Shown one piece after another: positions 44,538 through 53,602 of a stretch of 64,000 nt of DNA. Origin of the DNA: an uncultured bacterium (lineage in GTDB: Bacteria; Desulfobacterota; DSM-4660; Desulfatiglandales; JALVMZ01). The notes beneath the pieces are model-generated. The model was not told the origin of the DNA. It searched no databases and saw only the letters and a program-made list of their open reading frames with translations. Both the position numbers and the translations under genes were made by a program. Location: contig CBFDUE010000002.1 of the NCBI GenBank assembly GCA_965613025.1, forward strand, positions 13,974 to 77,973, in the 5' to 3' direction. Numbering within the stretch: the stretch's first letter is position 1; each line of letters begins with the position of its first letter.

Positions 44538-46379
44538 TTATCCTCTAAGGGTCAGGATAAAATAGAGACACCTTCCATAATATGGATCATCCTTCCATTC
44601 CTTTCTATCAAGTCTTATATCACTTAATATGGGAGAGGTTTCAAGATCCATGATATATTGTCCAATTTTGGATTCTGCATCTTCTTCTGAACCAATTGAT
44701 AAGGCTTCAAGCTCTATATCAAATCTACCCTCTCTAAGCATTTCAGCCCTTATAGCTAAGAGCTTTATATGAGATGAGGTAATTCTTGATATTTCATAAA
44801 GAATCGCATTGGGGAGCAATCGCTTTGATGCAGACAGGATTCTATCTTTTATCTTTAATACCTTTACCCCTTGGACCAGGAGGCTATTTTTATTGATATG
44901 GAGCCCATACTGATTGAGTTCTGCCTTTAGATCTTTTAGTCTTTCCTGTCTTCGCTTTTCCACTGATAGCTCATATCTATAGAGACCAAACAGGAAAATC
45001 ATTATTAAGATAAATACAGCAAATATTATTCTGTTTATCTTACGAATATGTTGGTCTTTTTCCTTTTCTCTAAAGGTATAAAGCAGATTTGGGGTATAAC
45101 GATTATGTGAGATAGAAGTTCCAAGACATATGCTCATGGCCTGTCTTTCATCCAATGAATCCGATACTATAACATCTCCTATATGGGGATTAGAGGGATT
45201 GAGAGGATCCATTACCTTACATTCAATGCCCAGCTGATCGCTTATGTATTCTATAAAAGGAGGATACTCACAGAGCCTCCAGCTTAAAAATATGAGGCCG
45301 GCTCTTGGGATTCCAAAGGTAAGGGCACAGTGATCAATGGTTCTTTCTGTCTGACGAATAATCCTCTCTAAGCTTTCAATAGAGATATCAAAGATCTCAT
45401 CTTCAGAATATCCTCTCTGTAGAGCAATTTCTTTATATCTTGGATCTATCAAAGAAAACAGTATCTTTTTTGCCTCATCCATTTCCATATTATCATCTTG
45501 CAAAGATCCCAGGTCCAATATCTCTATATCTTCATCCTCTTCAGATTCAGCACTTTGAATAGGCTTTGCCTTTTCTTTATAGCTTTCAGCTATTGATTCA
45601 ATAATACTGTTGGTGGCTGTCTTAAAACCCCGTGTAAATACTAACTTTCCATCTTTAAATACGTCTATCCTGGAATGATCATTTCCCACATACAGGTATG
45701 CTATGGTTTCATGTTCAATCTCTAACCATCTACTTAAAAACAGATTTTGAATGGCAAATGGAGAAAGGGTAATTCCGTTAAGATGAAGACCTATCCTTTC
45801 AAAAAAGGCTTTTAGATTCTCCACATTATCACGTCTTACCGAATATACCACTGCTCCTATCTTTTCAACTCCTTTATCCATTACTGGACCATGCACAAAA
45901 AAATCGACTATCACCTCCTTCTCATCAAAATTTAACTCCTTCTTTGAAACGAAATACAATGTCTTATTTATTTGAGCTTCGGGAAGCTTTGGTATCCTAA
46001 CATAACGAATCTCCACATCTTCATATGATACAATGGTCCAGATATTGTCCCTTTTCCTGACCCCAAAGTCCTTCAATATCTCTCTTAAAAACTCAATAAA
46101 CAGAGGCTCCTTTCCAATAATATCTTCTGGGATATTATAAGTCCTTAATTTCTTTAATATCAGACCTTTTCCATCTATTCCTTCACAACGGATGATATTT
46201 ACCGAATTTCGCCCGATATCCACACCCACATTTCCCATTCTCTTGGAAGAAAAAAATTCAAACCTCTTTTCCTTATACTTCTTCCTTTCACTTAGGGGGA
46301 TAGCTTCACCTTTATCCCTCAGGATATTCAGCAGTCTTTCAGTGGATGATATATCTTCTGGCAATCTCTTTGACCTCAA
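44538..46379 (-). CDS. PilM-PilN fusion-type (MshI-like) pilus assembly protein
   Basis: Actin-like ATPase N-region (GVDIGRNSVNIIR), a mid TM helix (IIFAVFILIMIFLFGLY) and a PilN-like tail. The start is uncertain: TTG 46379 has no SD. Confidence 0.65.
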   Translation of the reverse strand: MRSKRLPEDISSTERLLNILRDKGEAIPLSERKKYKEKRFEFFSSKRMGNVGVDIGRNSVNIIRCEGIDGKGLILKKLRTYNIPEDIIGKEPLFIEFLREILKDFGVRKRDNIWTIVSYEDVEIRYVRIPKLPEAQINKTLYFVSKKELNFDEKEVIVDFFVHGPVMDKGVEKIGAVVYSVRRDNVENLKAFFERIGLHLNGITLSPFAIQNLFLSRWLEIEHETIAYLYVGNDHSRIDVFKDGKLVFTRGFKTATNSIIESIAESYKEKAKPIQSAESEEDEDIEILDLGSLQDDNMEMDEAKKILFSLIDPRYKEIALQRGYSEDEIFDISIESLERIIRQTERTIDHCALTFGIPRAGLIFLSWRLCEYPPFIEYISDQLGIECKVMDPLNPSNPHIGDVIVSDSLDERQAMSICLGTSISHNRYTPNLLYTFREKEKDQHIRKINRIIFAVFILIMIFLFGLYRYELSVEKRRQERLKDLKAELNQYGLHINKNSLLVQGVKVLKIKDRILSASKRLLPNAILYEISRITSSHIKLLAIRAEMLREGRFDIELEALSIGSEEDAESKIGQYIMDLETSPILSDIRLDRKEWKDDPYYGRCLYFILTLRG

Positions 46380-46531
46380 AATTGTTTAATTATATATTAT
46401 TTATTTCCAATTATATGTCAATTTAAAATTAATAATTTTAAATAGTTATTATCTTATATTAAATTATATTAAAAATATCCTCGCATTTACTATTTGACTG
46501 ATGTATGAATTTTAATATAAAACACTAAATC

Positions 46532-47251
46532 ATGCAAAATGTGTTAATAAGGATTCAAAATGTAGTAAAGGATTTTAAAGGTGTTAGGGCCTTAAGTGGG
46601 GTATCCTTTGATGTGCCTCCCACAGCAATCTATGGTCTTATTGGGCCAAATGGTGCAGGAAAGACCACACTTATAAATGTTATAAATGGAGTATATGGAG
46701 CAGATGAAGGTGATATCTACTTTAAAGGCAGGAATATTATTAATCTAAGGAGCTATGAGATTGCACAGATGGGGATATCCCGCACATTTCAGATAGCAAG
46801 AGTATTTAAGAGAATGACCGTCATGGAAAATATGCTTTCCCCATATGTGGTGATAAAGAAAGATAGATCCCATATCCTGGACAGGGCAAATGAGCTTTTG
46901 GAGTTTGTAGGGCTTTGGGATAAGAGGGATCAATATGCCATAGAGCTTTCAGGTGGACAGCAAAAACTCCTTGAATTTGCTCGGGCTCTTATGCCAGATC
47001 CTGAACTATTATTAATGGATGAACCCTTTGCAGGGATACATCCTGAGTTAAGAAGGAAGCTAATGGATCTTATAAGAAGGCTAAATGTTGAATACAAAAA
47101 GACATTTTTAATTGTAAGTCATGATATGAGATCCATCTCTGAGCTATGCCAGCATGTGGTTGTGCTCAATTTTGGCACAAAACTCGCTGAAGGTAATACT
47201 CAAGAGATATTGAAGGACGAAAAGGTAATAGAGGCATACTTAGGAGAATAA
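46532..47251 (+). CDS. livG: Branched-chain amino acid ABC transporter ATPase
   Basis: Walker A GPNGAGKTT, signature LSGGQQKLLE and a C-terminal EAYLG. Confidence 0.85.
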   Translation: MQNVLIRIQNVVKDFKGVRALSGVSFDVPPTAIYGLIGPNGAGKTTLINVINGVYGADEGDIYFKGRNIINLRSYEIAQMGISRTFQIARVFKRMTVMENMLSPYVVIKKDRSHILDRANELLEFVGLWDKRDQYAIELSGGQQKLLEFARALMPDPELLLMDEPFAGIHPELRRKLMDLIRRLNVEYKKTFLIVSHDMRSISELCQHVVVLNFGTKLAEGNTQEILKDEKVIEAYLGE

Positions 47252-47252
47252 G

Positions 47253-47963
47253 ATGGCACTTAAGATGGAAGAAATCTCTGTGGGATATTATGAGGATATA
47301 ATTGTCCTGAGTGATTTTACTATGTATGCAAAGGGAGGTGAGATAACAACCATTATAGGACCAAATGGAGCAGGGAAATCCACTGTATTGAAGACTATTT
47401 ATGGTTTTCTCCGACCCAATAAAGGAAGGGTCCTATTAAATAATAGGGATATTACCACTATTCCCCCCTATAAGATGCCTCAAGAGGGGGTTGCCTTTAT
47501 TATGCAAGAAAGGGGAATATTCCCAGAGATGAGCGTTGAAGAGAACCTGCAACTGGGCTGTTGGCTATTTAAGGGTGATAGAGAAAAAGTAATGCTGGCA
47601 ATTGATAATGTCTATAATAGATATCCCATATTGAAGGATAGGAAAGAGGTATATGCAGGAAATCTGAGCGGGGGTGAGCAGAGGATACTTGAGCTTGGAA
47701 AGGCACTCCTTATTAATCCTTCTGTTATGCTACTGGATGAGCCAACCGCAGGCCTTGCCCCAATTGCTGCAAATCTCATATTTGATGAAATATCAAGACT
47801 TAAAGAAGAGAAAAAGACCATATTAATGGTTGAGCAAAATGTAAAAAAGGCGATGAATATTACTGATTATGTATATGTGGTTGAGCTTGGAAGAGTAAAT
47901 TTCCATGCAGAGAGGGAACAGATTGATCTACACAAGGCCATTACCCCGTGGGTTAATTGGTAG
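47253..47963 (+). CDS. livF: Branched-chain amino acid ABC transporter ATPase
   Basis: Walker A GPNGAGKST, signature LSGGEQRILE and Walker B MLLDEP. Confidence 0.85.
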   Translation: MALKMEEISVGYYEDIIVLSDFTMYAKGGEITTIIGPNGAGKSTVLKTIYGFLRPNKGRVLLNNRDITTIPPYKMPQEGVAFIMQERGIFPEMSVEENLQLGCWLFKGDREKVMLAIDNVYNRYPILKDRKEVYAGNLSGGEQRILELGKALLINPSVMLLDEPTAGLAPIAANLIFDEISRLKEEKKTILMVEQNVKKAMNITDYVYVVELGRVNFHAEREQIDLHKAITPWVNW

Positions 47964-47969
47964 ATCCTC

Positions 47970-48914
47970 CTATTTGATCTTTCCTCTCAAAGATGAAATC
48001 TTTTCATCAAGTAGGCCAAAGATCCCTCTTGGCATAAAGAGGACCAACATGCATATAACTATACCAAGCATTATAAGATGGGAAAATGGCCACTTAGACC
48101 AGATAAAATCCGATAACATAAATAATATGGTAGAGCCCGCAACAGGCCCAAGCAGAGTCCCTATACCACCAAGCATTGTCATTGCAATTACTTCCACATT
48201 GGTCTCTATAAAAAAGGCCGCCTCTGGATATATATACCCTATGAATTGAAGGTCAATTGCTCCAGCGATTCCCATAAGAAATGTGCTTATTACAAATGCA
48301 CGGATCTTATACTTGGGCGCATCTATTCCTATGGCCATTGCACCATCTTCATCCTCTCTTATGGCCTTAAGGGTTATACCAAATGGGGAGTTGATAAGAT
48401 AGAGGATAAATAGGAAAGAGAGGGATGTAACCAAGAGCATAAGATAATAGGCCATATCTGGATTCCTCAGAGCAGGAAGGGGAATACCAAAGGTGCCTCC
48501 ACTGAACTCCTCTGGTATATTAAATACTATCACCTTTAAGGCCTCATTAAGAGCTAAGGTGGCAATTGCAAAATATGCCCCTCTCAATTTAAATAGGACT
48601 TTTCCCAAAAGATATCCTGCAATTGCTCCTCCCACACCACCAAATAGGATACAGAGATAGGGATAAGAGCTCAGATGTGCCTTTGAAAACAGAAGTGCTG
48701 TGGTGTATCCACCTATTCCATAAAATGCCACATGACCAAAACTGATATATCCCACATACCCGGCAATAAGATTAAAGCTGATACAGAGACATATGTATTT
48801 AATCATCAAAAAGAAATATGTAGTGGTCTTAAGCCCGCTCTTAGGTGCTAAGGCAAATAGTATCACAAAAAATATCCATCCCAATATCCAGAATCTTTTA
48901 TTCTTCAATCCCAT
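47970..48914 (-). CDS. livM: Branched-chain amino acid ABC permease
   Basis: BPD_transp_2-type polytopic membrane protein, adjacent to livH. Confidence 0.8.
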   Translation of the reverse strand: MGLKNKRFWILGWIFFVILFALAPKSGLKTTTYFFLMIKYICLCISFNLIAGYVGYISFGHVAFYGIGGYTTALLFSKAHLSSYPYLCILFGGVGGAIAGYLLGKVLFKLRGAYFAIATLALNEALKVIVFNIPEEFSGGTFGIPLPALRNPDMAYYLMLLVTSLSFLFILYLINSPFGITLKAIREDEDGAMAIGIDAPKYKIRAFVISTFLMGIAGAIDLQFIGYIYPEAAFFIETNVEVIAMTMLGGIGTLLGPVAGSTILFMLSDFIWSKWPFSHLIMLGIVICMLVLFMPRGIFGLLDEKISSLRGKIK

Positions 48915-49796
48915 CTATTTAAGAGTCCCCAATATTCCGCTTGGCCTAAGTATCAGGATAAGAATGAGTGTTATAAATGCTACAGCTGGAGATAGGGCAT
49001 AGGTGGCAAACAGGGTCGTATAGCTTTCCGCAAGGCCTAAGAGCAGCCCACCTATAAATGCCCCTACTGGGTTTCCAAGACCTCCTAACACCACCACTGT
49101 AAAGCATTTAAGGAGATAATTCACCCCCATAATGGGAGTTATTGGATAGGTAAGAGATATAACCACTCCAGCTAAAAATGCATAGACCAGTCCGATGCTA
49201 AATGCCCATTGAAATATCTTTACAGGATTAATCCCATTCAGCATCACATATTCCCTTCTCTGGGTCACTGCCCTGATTGCCTTTCCAAGATAGGTCTTCT
49301 TTAGAAGGAAATAGAGAATAAGTCCCAGGATAAGGGCAGAAAGAAAGGCTATAAACCGGGCAGATGGTATAACCATCCCCATGAGGTTTATGGTAGGCAT
49401 TAGTGTGGGAACTCCCCTGAGGTCACTTCCCCAGATGTTCAGGGCAGAACCATAAATTATGATGGATATTCCAAAAGTGAATAGAAGCGTCATCATCTCT
49501 GTCTCAAGTTCATTGGTGGATGCCTCAATAATTCGGTTAATTAGATACTTATAAATTACCACTCCTGATAGGATTCCAATAGGTATTGCAAAGACAATGG
49601 AAAGCAAGGGATTTATTTTAAAAAAATAATACATACCATATCCCATATATGCACCCAACATAATAAAGGTGCCATGTGCCAGATTTACCACTTTCATAAC
49701 CCCCCATATAAGGCTCAATCCCAGGGCAGCTAATCCATAGATTCCGCCTATCATAAATCCATTAATTGTAGTCTGTAAAAATACACCTGCTGTCAT
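48915..49796 (-). CDS. livH: Branched-chain amino acid ABC permease
   Basis: BPD_transp_2-type permease. The N-terminus FLQTTINGFMIGGIYGLAALGLSLIWGVMKVVNLAHG is typical of LivH. Confidence 0.85.
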   Translation of the reverse strand: MTAGVFLQTTINGFMIGGIYGLAALGLSLIWGVMKVVNLAHGTFIMLGAYMGYGMYYFFKINPLLSIVFAIPIGILSGVVIYKYLINRIIEASTNELETEMMTLLFTFGISIIIYGSALNIWGSDLRGVPTLMPTINLMGMVIPSARFIAFLSALILGLILYFLLKKTYLGKAIRAVTQRREYVMLNGINPVKIFQWAFSIGLVYAFLAGVVISLTYPITPIMGVNYLLKCFTVVVLGGLGNPVGAFIGGLLLGLAESYTTLFATYALSPAVAFITLILILILRPSGILGTLK

Positions 49797-49862
49797 AATC
49801 TTAAACTTCTTAGGAAGGCCCCCATAAACGTTGGGGGCCTTCTTGCCCTCTTTAATATCCCT

Positions 49863-51101
49863 TTATTTAGGCCTTGGATATACAATCTCTGCCACAGCAA
49901 GCTCTGGTGGGCCAATTACAACCTTCTTGCCATTCTGCCACTGGGCCGTTACCATCCCATGTCCTATCTGAATCCCGCTTTTGGGATCTATCTTGGATCT
50001 TCCATAAAATGTCATTATATCCATCTTATTGAGAGCGGCCCTTACTTTATCCGTGCTGAGCGTTCCTGCATTTTCAATTCCCCACTGTAACACAAGCCCT
50101 GCAGCGAATGCCTGTGCACCCCTAAAATCGGTGCTTTTTCCCCATCTCTTTTTATACCATTCATTAAACTGTCTACCCGTTACCTTAGGTCCATACCAGT
50201 TATTAAACTTATTTGGATCTGGTGCATCAATAGGTTCCCATTGAGATGTTGCAATTGTATATGCAGCACCCTTAGGGCCAACCGCACTCCACCATTCCAC
50301 TGTTGAAGGGGCAGAACCCAATGCAAAGAATTTTGTATAGACATTTAACTCTGCTGCCTGCCTTGCAAGAAGGGCTCCATCTTTAAAATGGGAACAGGCA
50401 AGTATTGCATCAGGAGAGAGATTCTTCACCTTACTTAAAAGGGGTGAAAGATCAATGGGAGGAGTGGGATAGACCTCATCAAATACGATCTTAAATCCCA
50501 ACTGCTTGGCCCATCTCTTGATGCCTTTCCTGATAGATAGATTAAACGGATTGTCTTCAGTGATTACAGCAATAGTCTTAATAGGAGGATTGAGTCGGGC
50601 CATAAGCTCCATGGTGCTCTTATAGTAATAGGAAGAGGGTGTAAGAACTCCTATCACATATCTGTATCCCTGTGCCCATATCTTATCAGAGGCGCCACTA
50701 TGAGAGAACATCAACTTTCCATATCTTTCAGTAATTGCGGCAGATGCCAGTGTCAGAGAGCTTCCATATGGACCAAACAGAAAATCCACCTTATCTTCAT
50801 TTATGAGCTTCTCTGTTAGCTTTATAGTGGTGTCCTTGTCACTCTTTGTATCATACCATACCACCTCCACTGGTAGCTTTTTACCCATATCCTTTACATA
50901 GATTCCACCCTGTTTATTAACCCACTCTGCCCAAAGTCTTGCTCCCTGAAGATTCCTCTGTCCAAGCACATCATACTTGCCGGTTAAGGAGATGGGAATT
51001 CCAACCTTGATACTATCTTTAGCATATGAAGGGGTTAAGATTAGAAAAAAGACAAATAAAATTGCCACACCTATCTTTACCATACTAAAAAATCTTCCCA
51101 T
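49863..51101 (-). CDS. Leu/Ile/Val-type periplasmic substrate-binding protein
   Basis: Peripla_BP_6-like. The ATG at 51101 is preceded by AAGGAGGGAG and gives a signal peptide MGRFFSMVKIGVAILFVFFLILTPSYA. The ORF-track start at 51173 is less likely. Confidence 0.8.
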   Translation of the reverse strand: MGRFFSMVKIGVAILFVFFLILTPSYAKDSIKVGIPISLTGKYDVLGQRNLQGARLWAEWVNKQGGIYVKDMGKKLPVEVVWYDTKSDKDTTIKLTEKLINEDKVDFLFGPYGSSLTLASAAITERYGKLMFSHSGASDKIWAQGYRYVIGVLTPSSYYYKSTMELMARLNPPIKTIAVITEDNPFNLSIRKGIKRWAKQLGFKIVFDEVYPTPPIDLSPLLSKVKNLSPDAILACSHFKDGALLARQAAELNVYTKFFALGSAPSTVEWWSAVGPKGAAYTIATSQWEPIDAPDPNKFNNWYGPKVTGRQFNEWYKKRWGKSTDFRGAQAFAAGLVLQWGIENAGTLSTDKVRAALNKMDIMTFYGRSKIDPKSGIQIGHGMVTAQWQNGKKVVIGPPELAVAEIVYPRPK

Positions 51102-51235
51102 ACACACTCCCTCCTTTATTGGGGTTAATAAAGACCTATAAACTACTCCATTGGGGTGCCCATTAATTGACACCCCATACCATCCTAAAACAGAAGATTT
51201 TTACCCCCTAAAGGGAGTATTTACTAAGTAAATTC

Positions 51236-52144
51236 TTATGCAATACCCAGTCTATATTTAAGGGAGTTGAGGGTATTCTTCATGAGCATAGTAATTGTCA
51301 TTGGGCCTACACCACCTGGAACAGGTGTGATCCAGCCGGCGATTTCCTTTGCGGCATCAAAATCCACATCACCTTTAAGAATAGGGATCTTTTTGCCGGT
51401 CTTTTCACTTATCTTTTCACCCACTCTGTTTACTCCTACGTCAATGACGCATGCACCTGGCTTTATCCACTCAGGCTTTACAAGCCCTGGCACCCCTGCT
51501 GCCACTATCAATATATCTGCTCTCTTGCAATGGCCTGCAAGATCCTTTGTTCTGGTATGAACCACTGTGACAGTTGCATTTGCATTGGCACCCTTTTGCA
51601 TCATCATTATGGCGATGGGCTTGCCCACAATATTGGATCTACCCACTACAACCACTTCCGCACCCTCAGTGGGGACACCAGAGCGGACAATCAGCTCCTG
51701 AATTCCAGCAGGTGTGCATGGTGGGAATTTTACCTCACCTCCGCCAATTACCAGTCTTCCCACATTTACAGGATGAAATCCATCCACATCTTTATCAGGA
51801 TCAATGGCATTTATGACCTTCTTTTCATCAATATGCTTGGGAAGGGGTAACTGAACCAGTATGCCATGAATGGTATCATCCTTGTTATACCTTTCAACCA
51901 TAGCCAAGAGGTCAGATTCGGATACATCCTCTGGAAGGTTTTCCTGCACCTCCTTAAATCCCAAGCTCTTAGCTGTCCTTATCTTTGCTGTCACGTAAGA
52001 GACAGAAGCAGGATTTTCACCTACCAATATTGTAACAAGACCTGGAACCACTCCATGTCTTTCTTTTATATCATCCACCTCTTTCTTTATCTCAGCAAGT
52101 ATCTGATCCCTTATCTCTGTTCCCTTTATTATTTTTGCTGCCAT
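51236..52144 (-). CDS. folD: Bifunctional methylene-THF dehydrogenase/methenyl-THF cyclohydrolase
   Basis: Typical FolD sequence: IIKGTEI...PGLVTILVGENPASVSYV...GILVQLPLP...VVVGRSNIVGKP. Confidence 0.9.
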   Translation of the reverse strand: MAAKIIKGTEIRDQILAEIKKEVDDIKERHGVVPGLVTILVGENPASVSYVTAKIRTAKSLGFKEVQENLPEDVSESDLLAMVERYNKDDTIHGILVQLPLPKHIDEKKVINAIDPDKDVDGFHPVNVGRLVIGGGEVKFPPCTPAGIQELIVRSGVPTEGAEVVVVGRSNIVGKPIAIMMMQKGANANATVTVVHTRTKDLAGHCKRADILIVAAGVPGLVKPEWIKPGACVIDVGVNRVGEKISEKTGKKIPILKGDVDFDAAKEIAGWITPVPGGVGPMTITMLMKNTLNSLKYRLGIA

Positions 52145-52320
52145 AGCTAAGATCTCCTTTCTAAAATATTTTTTGAAAGCTCCTTATCATAATGAAACCA
52201 TATTTTCAAGCCCGAAAAGATAAATTATCCCCTTGACATACCCTTCATTTATTATTAGAGATACTAAGCTCCTTGCTCCAGAGATTGGGGCCAAAAAGAA
52301 GTCCAAAAGGAGAAGAGATT

Positions 52321-52659
52321 ATGAGATTCTATGAGACTCTTTACCTATTGAGACCTGATCTCAGTGAAGATCAATATCAGGAACTCTTAAAAAAATACAA
52401 TGATAGGATTACATCCTTAGATGGCATTGTAATCCATGTGGATGAATGGGGGAAAAAGAATCTGGCATATCCCATAAGAAAATTTGAAGAAGGATACTAT
52501 ATAATTGTAAAATACTGCGGAAGGCCGGGGATTGTTCAGGATCTGGAAAAGGAATTTAAATTGGATGAAAATATCTTAAGATACCTGACAGTAAAGCTCT
52601 CTGACAAGGCCGATCCGGAAGAGTTAAAAAAGAGATTTTCAGAAGACAGTTCAGCATAG
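52321..52659 (+). CDS. rpsF: 30S ribosomal protein S6
   Basis: MRFYETLYLLRPDLSEDQ is preceded by AAAGGAGAAG. The ORF-track start at 52273 is an upstream extension. Confidence 0.9.
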   Translation: MRFYETLYLLRPDLSEDQYQELLKKYNDRITSLDGIVIHVDEWGKKNLAYPIRKFEEGYYIIVKYCGRPGIVQDLEKEFKLDENILRYLTVKLSDKADPEELKKRFSEDSSA

Positions 52660-52671
52660 GAGGTATTTTAT

Positions 52672-52920
52672 ATGGTAACGAACCAGAAATTTAGATTTCC
52701 ATTTCATAGAAAGAAGTATTGCAAATTTTGCGCCGATAAGAATCTAAAGATCGATTATAAAAATTATGAGATTCTCTATGATTTTATAACAGAGAGAGGA
52801 AAGATCATTCCAAGTAGAATCTCTGGAACCTGTGCTAAACATCAGAGGATGCTTGCCCTTGCCATTAAGAGGGCAAGGATTGCTGCTCTTCTTCCATTTA
52901 CAACAGCTACATTAAAGTAG
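52672..52920 (+). CDS. rpsR: 30S ribosomal protein S18
   Basis: [10 protein letters not shown]...IDYKN...[30 protein letters not shown]. Confidence 0.9.
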   Translation: MVTNQKFRFPFHRKKYCKFCADKNLKIDYKNYEILYDFITERGKIIPSRISGTCAKHQRMLALAIKRARIAALLPFTTATLK

Positions 52921-52959
52921 GTGGGCCTTGTATAGGTCAAGGATTTCTGATATAGATAA

Positions 52960-53112
52960 GAGAGCTTTGAATTTTTCAAAGCTCTCATAAAAAAGCCGTA
53001 ATTATGGGATATTTTAAGTTAATTTTTGGGGGTCTGGTCTCCGACCCAGAGGGTCATCCGACCAGGAGGGGGGTGTAACCCCCAGTGTAAAAAGGTGTTA
53101 TGCAAAGCTCTC
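52960..53112 (-). mobile_element. MITE-like intergenic repeat, copy 4 (orientation B) with a nested 33-bp insertion
   Basis: 153 bp, flanked by direct AGATAA (52954-52959) and AGATAA (53113-53118). An extra segment (about 53035-53067) is absent from copies 1-3. Confidence 0.8.
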
Positions 53113-53144
53113 AGATAAATAATAAATAGGGGAGAGAGGTATCA

Positions 53145-53588
53145 ATGAAGATAATTCTTGTAAAAGATATGGATGATCTTGGAATTGAAGGTGATATGGT
53201 TGAAGTTTCAGATGGATATGCCAGAAATTATCTGATTCCAAAGGGTTTTGCCCTTCCTGCAACAGCTCAAAATATAAAGATGATGGAGATGAAAAAGAGA
53301 AAGATTGAGACAAATAAGATCAAAAAGAAGGAAGAGGCGCTTAAGTTGAAGGAACTCATTGAAAAGGTCACTCTTACCATAAGACAAAGGGCAGGGGAGG
53401 GTGAAAAACTCTATGGATCTGTTACATCAATGAATATATCAAAGGCCCTTGAAGCAGAGGGGATTAAGATAGATAAGAAAAAGATTGTGCTTCAACAGCC
53501 CATAAAGCAGCTTGGAAGCTATGATGTGCCTATAAGACTCCATCCAGAGGTCCAGGCAATGATCAAGATAGATGTAATTCCCGAATAG
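53145..53588 (+). CDS. rplI: 50S ribosomal protein L9
   Basis: MKIILVKDMDDLGIEGDMVEVSDGYARNYLIPKGFA. Confidence 0.9.
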   Translation: MKIILVKDMDDLGIEGDMVEVSDGYARNYLIPKGFALPATAQNIKMMEMKKRKIETNKIKKKEEALKLKELIEKVTLTIRQRAGEGEKLYGSVTSMNISKALEAEGIKIDKKKIVLQQPIKQLGSYDVPIRLHPEVQAMIKIDVIPE

Positions 53589-53602
53589 ATAGATCGGATT
53601 TT

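Noticed and set aside
52233-52261. Sigma-70 promoter for rpsF (perfect TTGACA at 52233-52238)
   Set aside because: The -35 box is perfect, but the best -10 at 17-nt spacing is only TAGAGA (3/6). This is too weak to report as a feature without TSS data.
15614-53112. Whether the four repeats could be a CRISPR array or rRNA/tRNA-associated repeats
   Set aside because: The copies are 6-16 kb apart, occur in both orientations, are about 120 bp long and have TIR/TSD features. There are no short regularly spaced direct repeats anywhere in the window and no cas genes.
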